Source: an uncultured delta proteobacterium | Lineage (GTDB): Bacteria > Desulfobacterota > Desulfomonilia > UBA1062 | Length of the DNA: 64,000 bases | Direction of reading: 5' to 3' | Assembly (NCBI GenBank): GCA_963798485.1 | Contig: CAWCTR010000017.1 | Coordinates: forward strand, 128,001 to 192,000 | In this document: one piece after another, positions 46,268-55,956 of the stretch | How positions within the stretch are numbered: position 1 is the first letter of the stretch | How the letters are laid out: each line of letters starts with the position of its first letter | The notes under the pieces: model-generated | What the model was told of the DNA's origin: nothing | Seen by the model: the letters and a program-made list of their open reading frames with translations, nothing else | Databases searched by the model: none | Position numbers and translations under genes: made by a program

Positions 46268-47725
46268 CTATATCCCCGAAACAACCCTTCTGATATGGGG
46301 AATACAGATAAAGACAAGGCCAAGAAGCGACAGGAGAATCCTTGAAGGGGAGAATGGATCTGTTGAAGAACTTGTTATAAAGCAGCTGATTTTTTTATTA
46401 TCTTTAGTGTCAGAATCATTTCCTTCAGCACCCGCACCGAGAGAGACGGTAAGTGCGACAGTCGAACCGGCAACCACAGAGGTCCCTGCAGCAGGATCTT
46501 GGCTTATCACATTACCCGTAGGAACACTATCACTGTTGGCCTTGCTCACAGTCCCGACCACAAGCCCTGCACTGGTTAAGGTACTTGTTGCAATGACCTG
46601 GGTCATACCCACGACATTGGGCACGGTTACCCCTGAAGAAGTGGATGTCACCACCAGATCTATCGGCGTCCCGAGGTTTATCAGGCTGCCCGCTGTGATG
46701 GATTGGCTGATCACCCTTCCCGAAGCGATAGTGTTGCTTGATGCATAGGTCACCGTTCCGGTACTGAACTGGTGTAAGGTGAGAATGTTTGATGCGCTGG
46801 TCCGGCTAAGGCCTATGACACGCGGGGTGATATCATCAGTCCCAGGTGTGTTTGAGTAAAAATAGATTGCTCCTTTTCCCGAGTTGGAACTGTCGGACCA
46901 GTTACCTAAATACAAACCCGTATTATAATCAACAAGATAAAAGGTGATGCCCGTATGGTTTACAGTCACGGCAGCAGCGTTGCAGGTGCCCCCTGATAAG
47001 CTGACTGTTGAGGCAGTATTTCTATAAGATATATTGACACCGGAGTGGGCGGTATTCGTCTCGACAATATAATTGGTCGGAAGATCCCATACTATGTTGA
47101 GAGAGCCCGAATAGGGTGAACCGCCTTTGCTCGTTATTACCGCCGTTGCCAGTGGGTGCCCGGATGTGTCGAGTCCGGTAAAGTGGTACTCCCCGTGGAT
47201 ATCACCCTCGATATGGCCTCCGCTGAAAGACCCGGGCTGGTAATAATAGTACGTGGTGCCGGTGTAGGTGGTCCCTGATATGGTGCATTCCCAGTCCGAT
47301 CTCCCGAAGGTTGTGCCAGTGAGATTATATGATGGGCCGCTCAGGATATCATTGACATAGTACTCCACATTACTCCCGACAATGGTCCCGTTGCCCAGAG
47401 AACCTGTGACGTTCCCTGTACAGATATACCTCCTCTCATAGACAGTGGCGGTAACGGACGATAAGTCCTGGACAGAGGTGAATGACCCTGTTATTGAGAC
47501 ATTCATGCACTGCGAAAGGATATATTCGGCTGACCCGGAATACGTGACCCCCACTGCAGTGTCGGCATGGGTGAACTTAACGATAATTGCCGGAGTGAGG
47601 GTGGTGGGAGAGGTGTAAACATACATGGAACCTCTATGGGTCCAGTCCGCCCAAACCGATATGGGAGCAGTAATGAAGAATAGTATTGACAAGATGCCTA
47701 ATAAAAGAACGTGCTTCTCCTTCAT
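46268..47725 (-). CDS. Ser/Thr-rich surface protein with two PASTA domains and a C-terminal CFI-type sorting signal
   Basis: Signal peptide; TPRVIGLS...GRVISQS and VPNVVGMT...GNVISQDPAAG; SCFITSS + TM + RR tail. Confidence 0.78.
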   Translation of the reverse strand: MKEKHVLLLGILSILFFITAPISVWADWTHRGSMYVYTSPTTLTPAIIVKFTHADTAVGVTYSGSAEYILSQCMNVSITGSFTSVQDLSSVTATVYERRYICTGNVTGSLGNGTIVGSNVEYYVNDILSGPSYNLTGTTFGRSDWECTISGTTYTGTTYYYYQPGSFSGGHIEGDIHGEYHFTGLDTSGHPLATAVITSKGGSPYSGSLNIVWDLPTNYIVETNTAHSGVNISYRNTASTVSLSGGTCNAAAVTVNHTGITFYLVDYNTGLYLGNWSDSSNSGKGAIYFYSNTPGTDDITPRVIGLSRTSASNILTLHQFSTGTVTYASSNTIASGRVISQSITAGSLINLGTPIDLVVTSTSSGVTVPNVVGMTQVIATSTLTSAGLVVGTVSKANSDSVPTGNVISQDPAAGTSVVAGSTVALTVSLGAGAEGNDSDTKDNKKISCFITSSSTDPFSPSRILLSLLGLVFICIPHIRRVVSGI

Positions 47726-47739
47726 AAAACCTCCTCACC

Positions 47740-47777
47740 TTTAGAAAAGGTTCATTACGATTGAACCTTTTTCTAAA
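47740..47777. other. Imperfect inverted repeat (terminator or operator)
   Basis: TTTAGAAAAGGTTCA-N7-TGAACCTTTTTCTAAA between two co-oriented genes. Confidence 0.45.
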
Positions 47778-47808
47778 ACAGTATACGGGTTAAATCCCCC
47801 GTTGGGTT

Positions 47809-48384
47809 TTATTCATCCGCTTCCGATGTAGTCGATGGTGTCTTGGTCACATTCTGGGTTAATTCTTCAACGGTAAGCCCATATGTTTCTGCTGTATCGT
47901 GGACTATATTCATAAAGAGGATCTGGCCGATCGCTCTCCAGCCGACGTTATCTGTCATACTGCCGATTTTGTTTATCGCTTGTGCATCGCCTATGAAGTA
48001 AGACAATTCACGCTCGGTAAAATCAGCAGAGTTCATCCGGTTCTGGCTTTTTACAATGGGGGTCAAGGTAATCTTGATTTTATCATTTGCTTCTACGATT
48101 CGCCCCTTTATCTGCATGTAATAATCACAGGGAGGCTTATCACCCATGGATGCAAATTTTTTATATTCGGTTGTCACCAGGCCTGCCTCTTTGTTTGCAA
48201 ACTTGATATCGAACCCACGGTTAACAAAGATATTGGTTAAAGACGCCAGTGCCTGGTCTTTGGTGACATCCGCTTTCTCCAGGCCGAAGGATTGTATATC
48301 AACCTTGGTTACAGGCAGAGAACAGGAGGATAACAACAGTAACAAGAACAGAGAGCCGATAGACTTTTTCAACACATGCTTCAT
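47809..48384 (-). CDS. Hypothetical lipoprotein
   Basis: GGAGG RBS, lipobox LSSC, AGLVTTEY segment reminiscent of BamC-like folds. Confidence 0.65.
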   Translation of the reverse strand: MKHVLKKSIGSLFLLLLLSSCSLPVTKVDIQSFGLEKADVTKDQALASLTNIFVNRGFDIKFANKEAGLVTTEYKKFASMGDKPPCDYYMQIKGRIVEANDKIKITLTPIVKSQNRMNSADFTERELSYFIGDAQAINKIGSMTDNVGWRAIGQILFMNIVHDTAETYGLTVEELTQNVTKTPSTTSEADE

Positions 48385-48611
48385 TATAAAACCTCCCCGA
48401 TTTATGCCGTTATGCTGATGGTTTTTTCCAAGACCCTAACTTCTCATGCCCATCTTGATATCATTACATTATACATCTCCTTGGGCCTGATGTCTTCTTG
48501 AATATTATAAATACAAAAAGCATGTTCAATGCAAGAACGATAAACTCAATGCGAGATTATGTGCCCATGTTGTCATTGATATTGGTAATATGGTCTGTTA
48601 TAGCTCTAGGG

Positions 48612-49532
48612 ATGAACGATGACTTTGAGATACATCTCAAGGAGATCCTTAATAGCTCATCATCTTATACCGGTAGAATCGGTCAATATATCCTGGATTC
48701 CGGAGGAAAGCGCCTGCGACCGAAGATCGTAGGGCTTGTCGGCAGTGCGATAGGCCTGTCTCAATCGGCCTTGATGCCTTTTGCCTATACTGTTGAGCTT
48801 ATGCACACGGCCAGCCTGCTGCACGACGATGTGGTTGACGGAACGGAGATACGCCGTTCAAGACCCACGGCGAACCAGATCTTCGGCGACAAGCCGGCCT
48901 TGCTTGCAGGTGATTTCATTTCAGCATCGGCCATGGAAACCATGTGCGCACTGGGAGATATGCGCCTTGCCATGAGCGTGGTCCGGACGATCAAGAAGAT
49001 GTCCGAAGGCGAGCTCATGGAGCTTGAACACTCGCACTCCTTCCATGACAGCAAGGAAGTATACTTAAAGATTATCTATCTCAAAACCGCATCGCTGTTT
49101 GAACTCTGCAGCCTGGGCACCGGTATCATTGCCGGTCTTTCCGAAAATGCACTGGATGCCCTTGCTTCTTTCGGAAGGCTTGTCGGCATGGGGTTTCAGA
49201 TCGTGGATGACATCATCAATGTAAGCCCTGATGAAAGCGACAACAAAGATGCCTTCAATGATATTCTGGAGGGAAAGTCCACGCTGCCGCTGGTGATCCT
49301 TTTTAAGAATCGGCCTGAAGTGCTAAGAAAAACAGCGACATTTTCCAATCCCGAGGGAAAGAAAGATTATATTGTGCCCAAGCTTGATACGGCGATCCTC
49401 CGAAGCAGCAGGGCAATTGCCCAGGAATACCTTGATATGTCTATTCAAACCCTTCATGAGTCCGGCTATCTTACCAAAGAGCTCTCGGATATCCCTCGCC
49501 AGATCATTGCCCAGGTGGAAACCCGTTTCTAG
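48612..49532 (+). CDS. ispB: Polyprenyl diphosphate synthase (IspB-like)
   Basis: GGKRLRP, HTASLLHDDVVD..IRR, KTASLF, FQIVDD, EGKSTLP. Confidence 0.88.
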   Translation: MNDDFEIHLKEILNSSSSYTGRIGQYILDSGGKRLRPKIVGLVGSAIGLSQSALMPFAYTVELMHTASLLHDDVVDGTEIRRSRPTANQIFGDKPALLAGDFISASAMETMCALGDMRLAMSVVRTIKKMSEGELMELEHSHSFHDSKEVYLKIIYLKTASLFELCSLGTGIIAGLSENALDALASFGRLVGMGFQIVDDIINVSPDESDNKDAFNDILEGKSTLPLVILFKNRPEVLRKTATFSNPEGKKDYIVPKLDTAILRSSRAIAQEYLDMSIQTLHESGYLTKELSDIPRQIIAQVETRF

Positions 49533-49635
49533 TGTAAGATTACTGATGGCTTTTCCCTTCTTTATTCCTCGTATCTATTGATTTATTAGCGCATAATCCC
49601 TATGTTAAGAAACAAATGACCTATGGGGTGGGCAG

Positions 49636-50586
49636 TTGGAATATAAAGATTATTACAAGATCCTCGGCGTTGAGCGTAATGCGAGCCAGGAAGAGATAAA
49701 AAAGAAATACCGCAAACTTGCACGCACCTGTCATCCGGACATGTGCAAGAATGATCCTACAGCCGAAAAGCGTTTCAAAGAAATAAACGAGGCACATGAG
49801 GTCCTTGAAGATCCTGAGAAGCGCCAGCGCTATGATGCCTTGGGCAATAACTGGCAGGAAGGCCAATCTTTCAGGCCACCTCCGGGATTCGAGAATATCT
49901 TCACTGAGGGCGGCTTTGCTCAAAAGGGAAGACGCGCCGGGGGCAGAAGCTTCAGTTTCGAATTCGAACCCGGGGCCCGAGGCAGTGCGGGGCCAGGGGC
50001 ATTCTCGGATTTTTTCGAGACCCTCTTCGGAGAGTCGGGCATGGGCCGCCAGGGCGAGTACCGTTCCGCCTCTCCAAAGGGGAGCGACCTGGAGTCGGAG
50101 ATAACCGTCTCACTGGAGGACGCCCATAGGGGGGTCGCCAAGGAGATCCTCATCCAGGGACCTGGTGGAGAAAAGCGGCTGAATGTTAAGATACCCCAGG
50201 GCGCCTATGACGGTATGAAGATCCGTCTTGGCGGACAGGGCAATATGGGCCTTGGCGGGTCCGGAGACCTGTATCTGAAGATAAAGGTAAATCCTGACCA
50301 AAGGTACAAGCAGGAAGGATCAGACATCATCGTCGAGATACCGATAACCCCTTGGGATGCAGCCTTAGGGACCACCTGCGAGGTGGATACCCTGGATGGG
50401 AAACTCAACCTTAAAATACCCCCGGGTGTGTCTTCCGGCCAAAGGCTGAGACTCAAGGGCAAAGGCCTGGCCCACAAAGGGGATCTGCATGCTCAAATCA
50501 AGATAGTAACGCCAAAACGCCTGAGTAACGAGGAGAGGGAACTCTTTATTGAGCTGAAAAAGGTCTCATCTTTTAAGGCCGAATGA
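49636..50586 (+). CDS. DnaJ class B chaperone (CbpA-like)
   Basis: J domain with HPD, G/F-rich linker, FSDFF, C-terminal domain, no zinc finger. Confidence 0.92.
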   Translation: MEYKDYYKILGVERNASQEEIKKKYRKLARTCHPDMCKNDPTAEKRFKEINEAHEVLEDPEKRQRYDALGNNWQEGQSFRPPPGFENIFTEGGFAQKGRRAGGRSFSFEFEPGARGSAGPGAFSDFFETLFGESGMGRQGEYRSASPKGSDLESEITVSLEDAHRGVAKEILIQGPGGEKRLNVKIPQGAYDGMKIRLGGQGNMGLGGSGDLYLKIKVNPDQRYKQEGSDIIVEIPITPWDAALGTTCEVDTLDGKLNLKIPPGVSSGQRLRLKGKGLAHKGDLHAQIKIVTPKRLSNEERELFIELKKVSSFKAE

Positions 50587-50639
50587 AAGAAACCGATGCC
50601 GCCACCAAAAAACGGCGCCGGCTCAATACCCCTGCCAAC

Positions 50640-50978
50640 CTATTTTGTTTTTGAAGCGGTTTTCTTGGCTTCCTTCTGAGCCTGAGCAGGGATGTAGGTG
50701 TTCCGGCCTGTCAGGACGAGAGAGGGCCGTAGCTTATCAAGTTTTTTTTTGCTGATGCCCTTGATTTTTGTCAGGTCATCGATTGTCTTGAATGGCCCAT
50801 TCACCTGCCGGTATGCCACGATGGCCGCCGCTGTCTTTTCCCCTATCCCGGGCAGCATCATGAGTTCTTCCTTGGTTGCGGTATTCACGTTGATTACGCC
50901 TTGTGCCGCATATAATGGGACACTAAGGGCAAACAAGAATAAAAAGACACACCACACCACTTTTCCGACCTTCATCAT
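50640..50978 (-). CDS. comEA: ComEA-family helix-hairpin-helix DNA-binding protein
   Basis: Signal peptide, INVNTATKEEL..LPGIG..GPFK..IKGI. Confidence 0.85.
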   Translation of the reverse strand: MMKVGKVVWCVFLFLFALSVPLYAAQGVINVNTATKEELMMLPGIGEKTAAAIVAYRQVNGPFKTIDDLTKIKGISKKKLDKLRPSLVLTGRNTYIPAQAQKEAKKTASKTK

Positions 50979-51169
50979 TGAAAACTCCTTTCATAACAAA
51001 TTTGATTAATGATAATAGAACCGGGTACTACAAAGTCAAGATATACGAAATAAATCTCAAAAAAGTAAGAACAACAATATGACAGAATGATTACAAAAAC
51101 AGCACTGATTAAACTTTCCTCCCCATGAGCCGTATATATACCATATCATGTCATATTAAGGGGATGCCC

Positions 51170-52219
51170 ATGAACAAAACACTGTTGGCCTTGTTTGCCG
51201 GTGCCCTCATAGTCCTTGCCGGGTGCGGAGGCGGAGGCGGAGGCGGAGGTGGCGGAGGTGGAAGCAGTTCGAACAACAATGGAGCAGCCGGGACAAAACT
51301 GAGTCTGTTCACTGACCAAGTAAAATCCTGCGCGCCTTACCTCAGCATAGGCAGTCTCTCAAGCGCACCAGCCAATCCCCTTCTTGATGATTGGAATAGT
51401 TGGAGCCCTGATGTAAGCGGGTCAATCCTTGGTAAACTCTTTGATCCGGCAAACGGCAAGGATGAATGCATATACAGCCAGGTCCAGGTGCTCGATTCTC
51501 ATATTAACTTGGTAAACGAGTTCTCGGCTCTCTGGAACACTTCCGGAATATACACACAAGGCAATACCAAGGCAAATGTCGATACAACCGTCTCCTCGGT
51601 CACTATCCCCTTTCTTTCCTTAGATTTAGGTGCACTGGACCCTATGGACAGGCTTGTTACCCTGAGTGTGCCGGATCAAGATCTTACGATTAACATGGCC
51701 TTTTCACAAAATGGAGGCAATCAGACCATTGTGGAACAGTACACAATCGGGACAACTCAATCGTGTGTATTTCTTGCGCGAATAGTGGGAAATGATGTGG
51801 AGATATGGTGTGCAAGCATTAATGAAAGTACTCCTGTGAGCAAGGTCCAGATAATGTGGGAAGGGAATACCGGCTCCAAGACGTTCACGATCTCTGAGTG
51901 CACCAATGCTTCAGCAGGCAACAACTGGGAGGTAATGGGCGGAGGTAGTGTTGCAAGCTCCACAAGCGAAATGGCCTTTATGGCATGCAATTACCAGAAC
52001 GATGATTCATCAGATTCCGGCACATACTATATTACCACTACACTGAATGGTCTTGAGAACGGTACCTCGCAGCCGATTATCAATGCCGCTGCTATACCGC
52101 CCAACCCCAATACCGATATTGTACTGGCTTATATTAACGAGGATAACCCGGAATGTTTCGGATTCCTTGGTATACAAAATTATCCGAATACCCTTGAAGA
52201 TCTTGCCTGGCTCCAGTGA
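51170..52219 (+). CDS. Hypothetical surface lipoprotein with poly-Gly linker
   Basis: Lipobox LAGC followed by a Gly12 run; Cys- and Asn-rich body. Confidence 0.7.
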   Translation: MNKTLLALFAGALIVLAGCGGGGGGGGGGGGSSSNNNGAAGTKLSLFTDQVKSCAPYLSIGSLSSAPANPLLDDWNSWSPDVSGSILGKLFDPANGKDECIYSQVQVLDSHINLVNEFSALWNTSGIYTQGNTKANVDTTVSSVTIPFLSLDLGALDPMDRLVTLSVPDQDLTINMAFSQNGGNQTIVEQYTIGTTQSCVFLARIVGNDVEIWCASINESTPVSKVQIMWEGNTGSKTFTISECTNASAGNNWEVMGGGSVASSTSEMAFMACNYQNDDSSDSGTYYITTTLNGLENGTSQPIINAAAIPPNPNTDIVLAYINEDNPECFGFLGIQNYPNTLEDLAWLQ

Positions 52220-52253
52220 GTTCTGATTATCGAGTGATTTATCCGTAAAAGTC

Positions 52254-52293
52254 CGACAAGGGGGCCGGGCGTTCCCGCCCGGCCCCCTTGTCG
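52254..52293. terminator. Strong hairpin, probable bidirectional terminator
   Basis: Perfect 18-bp stem CGACAAGGGGGCCGGGCG-TTCC-CGCCCGGCCCCCTTGTCG downstream of the lipoprotein stop. Confidence 0.7.
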
Positions 52294-52306
52294 TTAACTG
52301 GCAAAC

Positions 52307-52417
52307 CTACTTTACCAAGCCCGATTTGACCATGATTGGTTTGATGCTGCCGTCTTTTTCCATAGACTCGTATGCCTTGTCGAATTCCTTTGTTGTCGTG
52401 ATGATATTTCCTTCTTG
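52307..52417 (-). pseudogene. Possible 3' remnant of a periplasmic substrate-binding protein gene
   Basis: Start-less fragment reading KEFDKAYESMEKDGSIKPIMVKSGLVK-stop, resembling family 3 SBP C-termini and ending at the hairpin. Confidence 0.35.
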
Positions 52418-52463
52418 TTACACTTGGTGTATAGAATAATCCCTTACAAGGAAGGATCAACCC

Positions 52464-53372
52464 ATGACGTTTAACAATGTAACAGATGTTCAAGAAAAAT
52501 TGCAGGTGGTCGGGTATATCACCTCCAGGGAGATTGCCACTGTTGTGTTCCTTGCCTCAGCCACCAAGAAGCCCATCCTTGTGGAAGGGCCTGCCGGCGT
52601 GGGCAAGACGGAGCTGGCAAAGGCGATCGCACGGGCGTTTGACTGCGAGCTTATCCGCCTCCAATGCTATGAGGGCCTTGATGAGGCCAAGGCGTTGTAC
52701 GAGTGGGAATATGCCAAGCAGCTCCTTTACACCCAGATGGTGAAAGAAAAGATCAGCGATGTCATTACCGGTGCAAAAACACTCTCCGATGCTGTTGACC
52801 GTATCGCCGACCAGGAAGACGCCTTCTTTTCCGAACGCTTCATCCAGCCCCGGCCGCTGCTTAAAGCGATCAGCTCAAAGGACCCCGTGGTCCTGCTCAT
52901 CGATGAGGTGGACAAGTCCGACCCTGAATTCGAGGCATTCCTGCTGGAGCTGCTCAGTGATTTTCAAGTCTCCATCCCCGAGATCGGTACCATGAAGGCC
53001 GTGAATATCCCCTTTGTCGTGCTCACCTCCAACAACTACCGCGACATGAGCGATGCATTGAAGCGCCGCTGCATCCATATCTATATCGAATACCCCGAGC
53101 GCGAGCTGGAGATGCGCATCGTCGCCATCAAGATCCCCGGGATTTCCGAGAGGCTTGCCGGACAGGTCGTTGATACCGTTCGAAACATCCGTAGCATTGA
53201 TCTGAAGAAGAAGCCGTGCATCTCGGAGACCATTGACTGGGCGCGGTCCCTGCTTGCCTTGAATGTAGAGGAAATCACCCCCGATGTTCTGCTCGAGACA
53301 CTGAACATGCTCTGCAAATACCGCTCCGATGCCCAGGCGGTAAAGGAAAAGGCGTTTACGCTGGTAAACTAG
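52464..53372 (+). CDS. MoxR-family AAA+ ATPase (CoxD-like)
   Basis: EGPAGVGKTELA, RLQCYEGLD, LLIDEVDK, DALKRRC. Confidence 0.92.
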   Translation: MTFNNVTDVQEKLQVVGYITSREIATVVFLASATKKPILVEGPAGVGKTELAKAIARAFDCELIRLQCYEGLDEAKALYEWEYAKQLLYTQMVKEKISDVITGAKTLSDAVDRIADQEDAFFSERFIQPRPLLKAISSKDPVVLLIDEVDKSDPEFEAFLLELLSDFQVSIPEIGTMKAVNIPFVVLTSNNYRDMSDALKRRCIHIYIEYPERELEMRIVAIKIPGISERLAGQVVDTVRNIRSIDLKKKPCISETIDWARSLLALNVEEITPDVLLETLNMLCKYRSDAQAVKEKAFTLVN

Positions 53373-53382
53373 GTTTGCCCTT

Positions 53383-54759
53383 ATGATCAACCCAATCCTG
53401 AAGTTCGTGGCATGCTGCAGGGCAGCCGGATATCGTATCTCCACCGCCGAGGTCATCGACTGCGTCGAGCAGCTCGAACTCGTCGACGTACTGGATGAGA
53501 CGGAATTCCGGGCAGCACTGCGGGCCAACTTTGCCAAGAGCAGGCGCGACCAGGCGCACTTTGACCGTCTCTACCACCTCTTCTTCCATGAACTCAGGGG
53601 GGACCTTTCCGAAGAGGAAGGTCTTGCCCAGAAGGCCGAGCAGGTAATCGGCTCCCTGAGAGATCAGGCAAACGGAGACCGTTCGCATAACGCCATCATC
53701 GAGTTCCTCTCGGGAGACCCGCTCATGTTCCTGGAGATGATGCGTCAGATCCAAACCCAAGGTGATACCCCCAGTTTAGGCATGAAATTCAACCTTGGTC
53801 CGTTGGCAAACAGGCTCAAGGTCATGGTGGCACTCAACAAGGTGCGTGATGAAATCGGCGGGTTTCTTCAGAAGAATCCCTTTGCGTTTAATAACGCCAT
53901 GCGCCAGGAGCTGACCAGATATTTCAATGAATATCTCCAAAGCGCCTTTGCACTTCTGCTCAAGGAGCCCAGGCCGTACACCGATGAGCAGCGGGGGTAC
54001 AAGACCCATGAAAAGCACCTCATGGAGCTCGGAGAAAGGCCCTTTGCATCTCTAACCGCCAGGGAGATAGAAGATGTCCGCGATGTCCTTGATAATCTTG
54101 TCCGGAAGCTCAAGGATATCATCTCATGCAGATATTCACAGAACCGTGAGGGCGTGCTGGATGTAAAGAAGACCCTCCGCAGGTCTGCCAGGTACAACGG
54201 TGTGCCTGTTGAGATCCTGTTCAGAAAACGACCCCCCAAAAAAGGTAAAATCGTCACCTTGTGCGACATCTCGTCTTCGGTCTGGTCGGCGGCCCGGTTC
54301 ATGCTCAATGTCCTGTACTCGCTGCATGAGTGCTTCGAGAAGGTGAACAGTTTTGTTTTTGTCGCAGGATTGAAGGAGGTCTCGGATGTATTCGACAACA
54401 ACGAGCCGAACCATGCCATCGAGATGATACTGAAAGACCTGGAATTCAACTATTATGTGCCTACGGATTATGGTGAGACCTTCAGGCACTTCAGACGCGA
54501 CCATATGGATGTCCTCACCAAGCGAACGACACTCATCATCATGGGGGACGCGAGGACCAACTACCTCCACCCGGAGGACAGGATCTTAGGGGAGATGAGG
54601 GAGCGCTGCCGGAGGGTCATCTGGCTCAACCCGGAGCCTTTGAGTAGTTGGAACACCGGGGACTCAGAGATGTATGCCTACAAACAGCACTGCCACGAGC
54701 TCAGGCAGTGCCGCAACCTCAATCAGCTCATCGAGTTCATTGAGGAGCTTATGCTCTGA
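53383..54759 (+). CDS. CoxE-like VWA domain protein
   Basis: LDVKKTLRRS, MIDAS-like CDISSSV, TDYG, GDARTN, WLNPEP. Confidence 0.9.
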   Translation: MINPILKFVACCRAAGYRISTAEVIDCVEQLELVDVLDETEFRAALRANFAKSRRDQAHFDRLYHLFFHELRGDLSEEEGLAQKAEQVIGSLRDQANGDRSHNAIIEFLSGDPLMFLEMMRQIQTQGDTPSLGMKFNLGPLANRLKVMVALNKVRDEIGGFLQKNPFAFNNAMRQELTRYFNEYLQSAFALLLKEPRPYTDEQRGYKTHEKHLMELGERPFASLTAREIEDVRDVLDNLVRKLKDIISCRYSQNREGVLDVKKTLRRSARYNGVPVEILFRKRPPKKGKIVTLCDISSSVWSAARFMLNVLYSLHECFEKVNSFVFVAGLKEVSDVFDNNEPNHAIEMILKDLEFNYYVPTDYGETFRHFRRDHMDVLTKRTTLIIMGDARTNYLHPEDRILGEMRERCRRVIWLNPEPLSSWNTGDSEMYAYKQHCHELRQCRNLNQLIEFIEELML

Positions 54760-55916
54760 TGCACATGGGATACGATCCAACAGATGATTTGAAGGATCTC
54801 CGGCAGCGCTCGGCTGATTTTGCGCTGCGTTCCATCGCCGCCAGGAAAGGACTCTCATCAAGCACCTCCTTTCCCCTGGACCTGTGGAGAGAATTCGGCG
54901 GCTCCGGTATGCTGGGCATCGGCACACCAAAGGAATTCACAGGCAAAGGGTTGGGTTATACCGGTATCCGTGCGGCAGGCAGGGCCATTGCAAGGCACGG
55001 CTGCTGCCTTGGGATCACGCTGTCCTGGCTCATGCACGAGATTGCAGCCAGATTTATTTTCAGTGAATATGCATCCTCAGACCAGAAACGAAGATACCTT
55101 CCGGCCATGGCAAAAGGTGAGGCTACCGCGAGCATTGCCATTTCCGAACCAGGTGTAGGAGGACACCCCAAGCACCTGAAAACCACGGCGGAGAAAACAG
55201 ACTCAGGTTATCTCCTTACGGGTGAGAAGACCTTCCTTACGAACGGGCCTATTGCAAACCTCTTCATTGTCCTTGCCGTAAGCGGCCAAGAGGGGGAAAG
55301 GAAATGCTACAGCGCCTTTATCGTACCCAGAGAAACACCCGGGCTCAGACAGGCCGAGCCTTTGGATTTCGGGTTCCTGCGGCCATGCCCACATGGCGGG
55401 ATTATTATGGATGCATGTATGATCCCCGAAGAGAATCTTTTGGGAATCCCCGGGACTGCCTATGAGGACATTGCGCTGCCCTTCAGAGAGGTCGAGGACG
55501 CCATGATGATGGGCCCCATCATTGGCGCCCAGGAAGCAAGGCTTTATGAGATAGCCACAGCCTTAAGGGAAAAGGCTTCCCCTTTGATGGGGGATATTCC
55601 ATTCCGGCTTGGCGGCTTAATCAGCACCTTGAGCGTGCTTGATATTATCGCGCTTGAGGCTGCGCAAAGGCTTGATGATGAAAAGGATCATGGGGGCATT
55701 ACCAACCTTATTCTTGCCTTCAGGCATATCTATGCAAAGATGCATCAGGAGTTTCATGAACTGATGACAATGACCGGTATAATCCCTTCCGAATCATATC
55801 AGGCGCTCACCCATGATCTTGACCACATCGTGCGCTTTGCCGAGCGGGTAGAGAGGATTAAACAGATGAAGCTTGGCCGGCTCTCATTTCTGCGGTTCAT
55901 TAAAACTCCCGGTTGA
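54759..55916 (+). CDS. Acyl-CoA dehydrogenase family protein (divergent C-terminus)
   Basis: QKRRYLP, AISEPGVG, LTGEKTFLTNGPIA, AFIVPRETPG. Confidence 0.82.
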   Translation: MHMGYDPTDDLKDLRQRSADFALRSIAARKGLSSSTSFPLDLWREFGGSGMLGIGTPKEFTGKGLGYTGIRAAGRAIARHGCCLGITLSWLMHEIAARFIFSEYASSDQKRRYLPAMAKGEATASIAISEPGVGGHPKHLKTTAEKTDSGYLLTGEKTFLTNGPIANLFIVLAVSGQEGERKCYSAFIVPRETPGLRQAEPLDFGFLRPCPHGGIIMDACMIPEENLLGIPGTAYEDIALPFREVEDAMMMGPIIGAQEARLYEIATALREKASPLMGDIPFRLGGLISTLSVLDIIALEAAQRLDDEKDHGGITNLILAFRHIYAKMHQEFHELMTMTGIIPSESYQALTHDLDHIVRFAERVERIKQMKLGRLSFLRFIKTPG

Positions 55917-55956
55917 TTTCAACCATAGGGTTTCTCGAAATAGGGGGCAATCTCCT

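Noticed and set aside
51227-51262. GGAGGC repeat as a phase-variation tract
   Set aside because: The unit is a multiple of 3 and simply encodes a poly-Gly linker after the lipobox; slippage would not shift the frame
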